A stretch of DNA of 64,000 nucleotides. It comes from Diplonema japonicum. Taxonomy: Eukaryota > Protista > Euglenozoa: Diplonemea. Positions 57,174 to 64,000 of the stretch are shown here, one piece after another. The number at the start of each line of letters is the position of its first letter. Positions within the stretch are counted from its first letter, which is position 1. A program made the position numbers and the translations under genes. Under the pieces are notes generated by a model that worked only from the letters and a program-made list of their open reading frames with translations, did not search any database and was not told the DNA's origin. The stretch lies in contig OZ025654.1 of NCBI GenBank assembly GCA_964019335.1, forward strand, positions 248,001-312,000. The letters are read 5' to 3'.

Positions 57174-57536
57174 GGCACCACTACATTGCAACATTGCATT
57201 CCAAAAAAAAGAAAATTAAAAAAAAAAGCTCTAAGGCTTCTCCCGTGGGCTGCAGAAAGAAACATCATAAGAGTTAACATTGCGCCCACAAGAGCTGCTA
57301 GTCTACCTCATACCGTCGGCCTCTTCCTGGCCTTAAGGTTTGCTTTTTTCTGGTTTCCCTCTCTTTTATGGCTGATTTTCTTTTTTTCTTTTCTCCTCCG
57401 TCCTTTAAGGGGTTAATAAAACAAAAGCAAGAAAAGATCGGAGATAAATTCTAGAGGAAGAAGAAAAAGAAAATATAAAAGAAAAAAAAAAAAGAAACAG
57501 AAACAGAGAGAGAGAAGAGAAAACACACAAAGAAAT

Positions 57537-59879
57537 TCAAATCCTGCCGTTTTCTACTAAGGGCTTATACTCGACAACAGGAGGCAAAGGGGAGTATAAA
57601 GGGCATCCAGATGGTTCCGTCGGGGAGAGCGAATCAAAAGACGCCCTCCCTTCAGAAGGTGAACGGTAGAGAACACAACGCCTGCAGGGCTGAACCTTTG
57701 GACACATACGTAAAGGTACACCACGAAGATTCCCATGCAGGGCATAATCCCCATAAAGATCATACAGAAGAAGGCATAAATCAATCAAGAATTTCAACGT
57801 CACAAAGTACATCAAAATCATGGCAATCTGACCTGCCATGTCAAGCAGATTCTGCTGCTCCTCAGCCATACCCCAAAATCCCACTATCGCAAACGCAAAT
57901 TCTATAAGAGCAGCTATGATCTCCATGAAATTATCAATAGGACGCAGATACGGCATGTCCTTCATCAAGATGGCCCCCCACCACCCAGGCATACTGACCA
58001 TAAGGCCAGCACGCCCTGCGCAAATAACAGGGTTCTTGGGATTCCATGCGGAAAGTATCGACAGGATGGTCATCAGAACCAACTGCACCACGAAGTACAT
58101 GCAGTGTGCCTTGTGAAACCCATCGAAGACTGAGGCTAGCCATTTTGTGTCGCTGACGAAATCCTCTTCTTTTGTATCCCACTCCTCTCTCGCCTTGACG
58201 TACCTCCACCCTCCTTTCGGCGCCGGTTGTACGTCCACCAACCTTGTGTTGTTGACGGCAGTTCTCGCCAGCCCCTTGATGTACCACATCACCCCCACAC
58301 TGCATAGTGCCACCGACCCACCCAAAAGCTTCCCCTCAGGGCTTCCATAAAACAGCTCTGTGAAGGCCCCGTCTATGATGGGGCACCACAGGAACTCCAT
58401 CACAAGGAAAAACGCGCTTGTGGGGACCCTCGCCAATGCCATTGTCAGTGTCTCATTAGTGGCACGGCGGACTTGCGCCACGGCAACTAGCATGACGGCT
58501 AGAACCGTGAGGATGATCAAGCCGCCCACCATGGCGCCACGTTTCTCTCGGTATAAGTCGCTCCCAAGAGTCAGCCGCGTGGGGTTCAGCACCACATCTA
58601 CTGACATGTCGTCTGCAGGGCAGTCCAGCAGAGAGAGGTACATCGAGCTGCGCGACAGCTTGGCGCTGCCCCTAGCCACGCCCATGGAGCCGGTGGCCAC
58701 AGAGACCGTGCTTGCTACTGCTCCGGCTGACAGCGCAGCTGCACTGGATGAAGTCTGCTGCTCTTCGGAAACGACCTTCTTGCTCTCCGGCACGAGCGTG
58801 GGCGGTGCTTCTGAGGGCTGCGAGCCAACAGCAGGAGTCGTTGTCGATGGTGCGACTGTTGTTGGTGCCGTCGTAGCGGGTACATCAGTAGCTGGAGAGC
58901 CTGTGACTGGAGCAGCCGGGCGTGCTGTGGCAGGGGGGTCAGTACTTGGTACAGGGGTAGAAGGGGCGCTTGTTGCCGGGCTGCTGGTTGGGATGGCGGT
59001 GACAGGAGAGAATGTTGCCGGCACAGCTGTTGCAGGAGCGGACGTGTCAGGTGCATTTGTGGCAGGTGCTGGAGTATTCGGAGCAGGTGTATCCGGGGCT
59101 GCAGTAGTACCAGGAACCGGAGTATCAGGTGCAGGCGTGACAGGAGCTGAAGTATCTGGAGCAGGGGTATCAGGTGCAGGTGTGTCAGGTGCAGGGGTAT
59201 CAGGAGCGAGTGTGGCTGGAGCGGCGGTTGTACCCGGTAGGGGGGCAGGGGTATCAGGTGCGGGGGTATCAGGAGCCGGTGTATCAGGAGCTGAAGTATC
59301 TGGAGCAGGAGTATCAGGTGCGGGGGTATCAGGTGCAGGGGTGTCAGGTGCGGGGGTATTAGGTGCAGGGGTATCAGGTGCGGGGGTATCAGGTGCAGGG
59401 GTGTCAGGTGCGGGGGTATCAGGTGCAGGGGTATCAGGTGCGGGGGTATCAGGTGCAGGGGTATCAGGTGCAGGGGTGTCAGGTGCAGGGGTATCAGGTG
59501 CGGGGGTATCAGGTGCAGGGGTATCAGGTGCAGGGGTGTCAGGTGCAGGGGTATCAGGTGCAGGAGTATCAGGTGCAGGGGTGTCAGGTGCATCTGTGGC
59601 GCCGTCAACGCAAACGCATTGATACTGGCTCGTGCAAGGATTGCTGCTAGTCCCAAGGTAGTAAGAACAAGTGCCACCGAAAGTCCTTATACATCCCCTC
59701 GGTGCGAAAGCATTCTGAGGTTCTTCCGGCAGGGTGTCGCCTACACACTCAGGGACCATAGAGCACTCAGCGTGCGTTGCGATCCAGTTCGTACAAGCAC
59801 CACTTAAGATGGTGGTGTAACCACAGGCGGCGTGGTGGGCGGCAAGCAGTATCAGAAGCACGCATCTTCTCACCCCCAT
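57537..59879 (-). CDS. Cell-surface protein: signal peptide, small Cys-rich domain, PDTPA stalk and multi-pass TM domain (780 aa)
   Basis: MGVRRCVLLILLAAHHAACG signal; Cys-rich N-domain; >20 consecutive DTPAP units; LNPTRL followed by ~7-8 hydrophobic helices. Confidence 0.88.
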   Translation of the reverse strand: MGVRRCVLLILLAAHHAACGYTTILSGACTNWIATHAECSMVPECVGDTLPEEPQNAFAPRGCIRTFGGTCSYYLGTSSNPCTSQYQCVCVDGATDAPDTPAPDTPAPDTPAPDTPAPDTPAPDTPAPDTPAPDTPAPDTPAPDTPAPDTPAPDTPAPDTPAPDTPAPDTPAPNTPAPDTPAPDTPAPDTPAPDTSAPDTPAPDTPAPDTPAPLPGTTAAPATLAPDTPAPDTPAPDTPAPDTSAPVTPAPDTPVPGTTAAPDTPAPNTPAPATNAPDTSAPATAVPATFSPVTAIPTSSPATSAPSTPVPSTDPPATARPAAPVTGSPATDVPATTAPTTVAPSTTTPAVGSQPSEAPPTLVPESKKVVSEEQQTSSSAAALSAGAVASTVSVATGSMGVARGSAKLSRSSMYLSLLDCPADDMSVDVVLNPTRLTLGSDLYREKRGAMVGGLIILTVLAVMLVAVAQVRRATNETLTMALARVPTSAFFLVMEFLWCPIIDGAFTELFYGSPEGKLLGGSVALCSVGVMWYIKGLARTAVNNTRLVDVQPAPKGGWRYVKAREEWDTKEEDFVSDTKWLASVFDGFHKAHCMYFVVQLVLMTILSILSAWNPKNPVICAGRAGLMVSMPGWWGAILMKDMPYLRPIDNFMEIIAALIEFAFAIVGFWGMAEEQQNLLDMAGQIAMILMYFVTLKFLIDLCLLLYDLYGDYALHGNLRGVPLRMCPKVQPCRRCVLYRSPSEGRASFDSLSPTEPSGCPLYSPLPPVVEYKPLVENGRI
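59040..59595. repeat. Coding 15-bp minisatellite (PDTPA)
   Basis: GGTGC(A/G)GGGGT(A/G)TCA units, highly homogeneous across 59300-59590. Confidence 0.92.
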
Positions 59880-61370
59880 GGTTCTGTGACTGTGACGTTG
59901 TTTCGATTGAGTAAAATCTCAAAAAAGAAATGGGGCTTTGATAGCAACACTAAGCGTTAAGTGTGCAACGAAGCAAAAAGCTATTAATAATTCTTTGTTT
60001 TCAGAAGGAAATCCAAAATAAAAAAAAGAAGAAGAAGAAGAAAACAGCGAAAGGAGGTGGAAACCTCCCGATGAGGAACATTTATTATACACATGATGTT
60101 AGCTCTGAAAAAAAAAAGGAGAAAAAAAAAGAGAGTGAAAAGAGGTGTGCAGAAGAGGAAGGCGCTCTGTATGACCACATCTTGAACTTGACTTTCCAGC
60201 TGACTCTCTTACGGGGAGGTGTCGTTGCGCACCTTGACCGACCAAAGGTCATGCTGCCCCATTCGCACAGGAATATTATTGGCCACGGCCATGGGAGGGA
60301 CTCTGCTCTTTATTTAAACGGGGGGAGGAGTTAAAGTAAATGACAAATAGATTTAAAAGCTTTCGTAGTGTGTAAATTGAGATACAAAAGACAGTTTCAA
60401 AGTCTACTAAAAGAAACCCGTGAAGAGGGAGAAGGGAGGGGGTTGGCGGTGGTAAGACCTTTTTAGCCCACCCATATTAGAAACCTGCCAAATGCAGCGC
60501 GGCTTCTTTTTTTCTTTTTAGCAACGATCAAATATACTCGCATGGGCAGCCCTGCGCACGTCATATCCGCGAAAAAAAAACACTTATATGAAACGAAAAA
60601 GAAAATAGCTATTTATGCACAACGAATAACGAATTTTCTGTCTCAGTGAATCCCCCCCTTATGAATTTGCTTCTCAAAGAAAGTAACAGAAAGTCCATGG
60701 GCGTGAATAAGCTATTTTACTCTCCTCGACTTCTTACCTCATTCAGTTTCCCCACCATGCTGAAAATACGAAATAAATCAGTCACGTTCAGGATAATGAA
60801 TGGAATAAAATACAGATGAGAAAGTAAAAAAAACTCGATAAAATCTCAGTGCGCATGAGGGTGCTCACTGTTCAAAAGAAAAAAAGAGAGAAGAAAAAAA
60901 AGTGATCGGATATAAATCCGTACACATGCCAACATCATACATATGTATTCATTCATTTGGCTCCTCTAAAAACGGTGAAACAGGAGAAGAGGAAGTGAAT
61001 GGAGACTGTTTTCAAGGAAAAGAATGGCAGTATTTAAGGGATTCAAGTTGGCTATTCAGACACTCAGTGTGTTGCCCTCTCTGAATGAGGCATGCAATGC
61101 CGAGCGGGTTCCCTGAGTGTAGAAGCTTTCTGCGTTGCTCGATAAGAAATTTATCTCACTCGGCTTACTAGCGAAGATGGCTCTTGCGCTCAACGACATG
61201 CCAGATCGTTTCTAGAAAACGTTATATTTCCCGTTGAGAAAAAAAAAATCATCATACCGTCATAAGCGCGTTTTCGGTGAAGGAGTTCTTGATGAATGAA
61301 CTATATCCCTCGGAGGGGGTGGTACCAGTCCGACCCTGGCTTTCTTCCTCTTCGATATCCTTTTATTTTC

Positions 61371-62654
61371 TTATTTCGCTCTTCTGAAATTACTTCACGC
61401 TAATTCCCATCACGTTGAAATTATAGCCTATTTTCCTTGAAGTAATAGGGGCTTCCGGTAAATAATCCAGTTCCCAGTGGGGCAACTTTCTCCTCGCAGT
61501 TTGCCAATTTCCCCACAGGTTCAGCTAAATAGGCCTCGGTTCAGTTCCAAGTTGGACTCCCAATTTGTCCACCTTTAGCTAGGCTTTGTTCCAGTTGGCC
61601 AACTTCTATTTAATCAGCTTACCAAGCTCTCCAAAAGACTTCAAAATGCCGAAGCAGAAAGTGAGGAGCGACTGGCCGCGCCAGGTACGAGAAGGCCTGG
61701 CAATGCCAGCGACAGCGTCTCTTAATCAACAAAAGGAGGAAAAACAACTTGTATTGTAACCTTTGTAACCCCTCTTGTTGTACCCCCTTGTCGTGAAGTA
61801 ACTTCAGAGAGTCGTGAATAAAACCACTTACGTATCGCTAAGGACTGACTTTACCGCCTCTCGGTTCCGCAATTTACCATCGAGGGCCAAAATGGGTGGG
61901 TAAAATGCAGAACCTCGAGGTAACGGAAAAGTCATTACTTGTTGGCAGTAAATAGCTATTATTTCTCTCTTCTGAAATTACTTCACGCTAGGGGGCCCCA
62001 TTACTTCACGCTAAATCTTTACTTCACGGTGAAATAATGGCCTGTTTTCCGTGAAGTAATAGGGGTTTCCGGTAAATAATATGCCTCGGTAGGCCAATTT
62101 GTTGGCTCGGTTCAGTTCCCAGTGGGGCTACTTTTTTCCTCCGGTTTGTCAATTTTCCCCCAGGTTCAGTTCAATTGGCCAACTTTTGGTTCAGTTCCAA
62201 GCTGGGCTACTTTTTCCTCCCAAATTTGCTCACTTTTGGCTAGGCCTTGTTCCTAGTTTCAACTTTTCTATTTAGGCAGCTTACCAAGCTCCCCAAAAGA
62301 CTTCAAAATACCGAAGCAGCAGCGAGTGGCCGCGCCAGGTATGAGAAGGCCTGATTAGAGATGGTGACAGTGGCAATGCCAGCGACAGCGGCAGCTCTTA
62401 GTCAACAAAAGGAGGGAAAACAACTTGTATTGTAACCTTTGTAACCCCTCTCTTGTTGTACCCCTTGTCACCCCGTTGTGCCCCTCGTGGTGAAGTAATT
62501 TCAGAGTGTCGTGAAATAAAACCACTTACCTGCCGCCAAGTAATGCTTTACCGACCTCTCGGTTCCGCCCTGCGGGCCCTCGACGGTAAAATGACGGAAC
62601 CTCGAGGTAACGGTAAAGTCATTACTTGTTGGCTTAAATAGCTATTATTTCTTC
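61371..62654. repeat. Head-to-tail tandem duplication, units of ~588 and ~686 bp, with asymmetric internal inverted repeats
   Basis: Units start at 61371 and 61959 (TTATTTC..CTCTTCTGAAATTACTTCACGCTA) and both end GGTAACGG.AAAGTCATTACTTGTTGGC..AAATAGCTA. Confidence 0.88.
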
Positions 62655-62678
62655 TTTCTTTCTTGTTGTTCTCCCAAT

Positions 62679-64000
62679 TCATACCCAATAATCGGCTTCG
62701 GAAACTACATTTTTGATAATCTCCCTCCGCCTGCTCGCCACAGTAATAAAAGGCTCAGTGTAGCTGGGGAACTGTTCTAGAATCTCGCGAAACCCAACCG
62801 CAGATAAATAATACATTTCGCTGTAGGTTTCCAGGTGAAGGTCCGCGGGCTGAGGAACACCTAGCAAACACGAAATCTCACCCCAGAAAGTGTCCACGCT
62901 TTCAATAACCTTTTTGTTTTCCCTCTTTTGTTATTTTTCTTTTTTTCCATACCGTATTTTCGACAGAAGCTATCGCCTTGCCCTTGAAAATAAAATAAAT
63001 CCCTGTTGCTGTAACGTCGAACTGCTGTCCCCTTTCAACGAGCACCTCTCCAGGGGCACCAAAGCGCAAGGATAACTTTGATACAATCCTGGCTAGAAAC
63101 ATGGGATTCTTACAAGTTCGCAGTATGTCGACCCTTTCAGCAGCGCGGATGTTCGCAAAGTAAGAAAGCTCACCGACCAGTTCCTCAGGCAGCTCTTCTT
63201 TCAGATCATCGAACTGACCCTCGTATACCTGCTTTGTCTTCGACCACAGCATTCTGTGGTATTTAAGAATGTCACTGGTGGTGGGCTCGTCCAGCCGACG
63301 GTGCTCGGCTACTGCGACAATCATGTCCAACCGGTTAAGAAAGACCTCATTGTGCGTCATCTTCATAGTTGTCTGCAGGTAAGCGATGACCGTAGCAAAG
63401 ATGGCGATCCCTGCAACAACAAGTATGATGCACATCATGGTCTGCTTGTCCGTGATGGGCCACGGTTGTCCGTACCCTGCAAACCCTCTGATCGCCCAGT
63501 GGAACCCGATGAGGTTTCGTTCCACAGTATTCATTTTGTCATAATCTTCTATTCTAAAGTACGCCCCCTGAGCACTCCAACCATACCCGTAGATAAGCTT
63601 GTCGTTCTGTGTGCCTGGTTCGTCCGTCACAATGTTGCACACAACCCCCGTCCAGTACAGGACGTACACCAACATGCATAGGTTTATGACTATTTTAATA
63701 AACACAGGAGACTCTTCCGACATGAACGATTCGCCGCAAGACTGAACAAGCCCTGGGAATCTAGCCAGGTTCAGCATTCTGTTTAATCTCACCCACGTGT
63801 ATTTTCCAAGCACCTCTTTGTCCGCCATTAGAAAAAACAGTTCCCAAGGAAGACACGCGATCAAATCGGTTATGAACCACCCGTGAAGATAAATCTCTGT
63901 GATCTGCTCGGGGGAGGTTATCCTTATGCCCCTGTCATTTGTGACAGGCTCGCGGAAGTTCAATACGATGTCTACGAAATACACACAGTCGCATATGTAG
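62679..64000 (-). CDS. Cyclic-nucleotide-binding-domain cation channel (CNG/HCN/KCNH-like), 5'-truncated by the window edge; last 2 exons
   Basis: YLHGWFITDLIACLPW, WVRLNRML (S4), pore WAIRGFAGYGQPWP, C-linker ELPEELVGEL, CNBD GIYFIFKG...WGEISCL; a 43-nt intron 62910-62952 (GTATGG...AAAAG) joins the two ORFs in frame. Confidence 0.9.

Noticed and set aside
60160-60300. GC-balanced island resembling a coding fragment
   Set aside because: Short, contains a stop in the best minus-strand frame, and has no homologue in the window

Overview
Eukaryotic nuclear DNA, most likely a euglenozoan (diplonemid-like). This is an inference from the unidirectional gene order, receptor-type class III cyclases, PDTPA-stalk membrane proteins and short GT-AG introns. 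All 15 supportable cellular protein genes lie on the minus strand: two Kelch-EGF-TM pseudo-cyclase paralogues, a ubiquitin-like/ankyrin protein, a secreted LVIVD propeller protein, a HAMP adenylyl cyclase, a small K/S-rich protein, a four-exon RAD21/SCC1 kleisin, two related basic hypothetical proteins, two PDTPA-repeat multi-pass membrane proteins, a Pro/Gln-rich membrane protein, a four-exon SH3b-fused aldehyde oxidase, a p24 cargo receptor and a 5'-truncated cyclic-nucleotide-binding-domain channel. There is one dispersed 5S rRNA copy. The intergenic DNA is rich in homopolymers and full of mobile-element relics. Four observations stand out. (1) Several non-LTR retrotransposon families share an unnamed C-terminal domain, are co-oriented with the genes, and end in T-runs rather than poly(A). 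(2) A ~340-bp deletion-compressed relic of the whole RAD21 gene sits directly upstream of RAD21. (3) CATAGT-ended DNA transposons have 6-bp TSDs, and one has captured an ankyrin ORF. (4) The aldehyde oxidase carries an N-terminal SH3b-like domain. No database searches were run; all homology calls come from motif recognition and manual alignment by eye.
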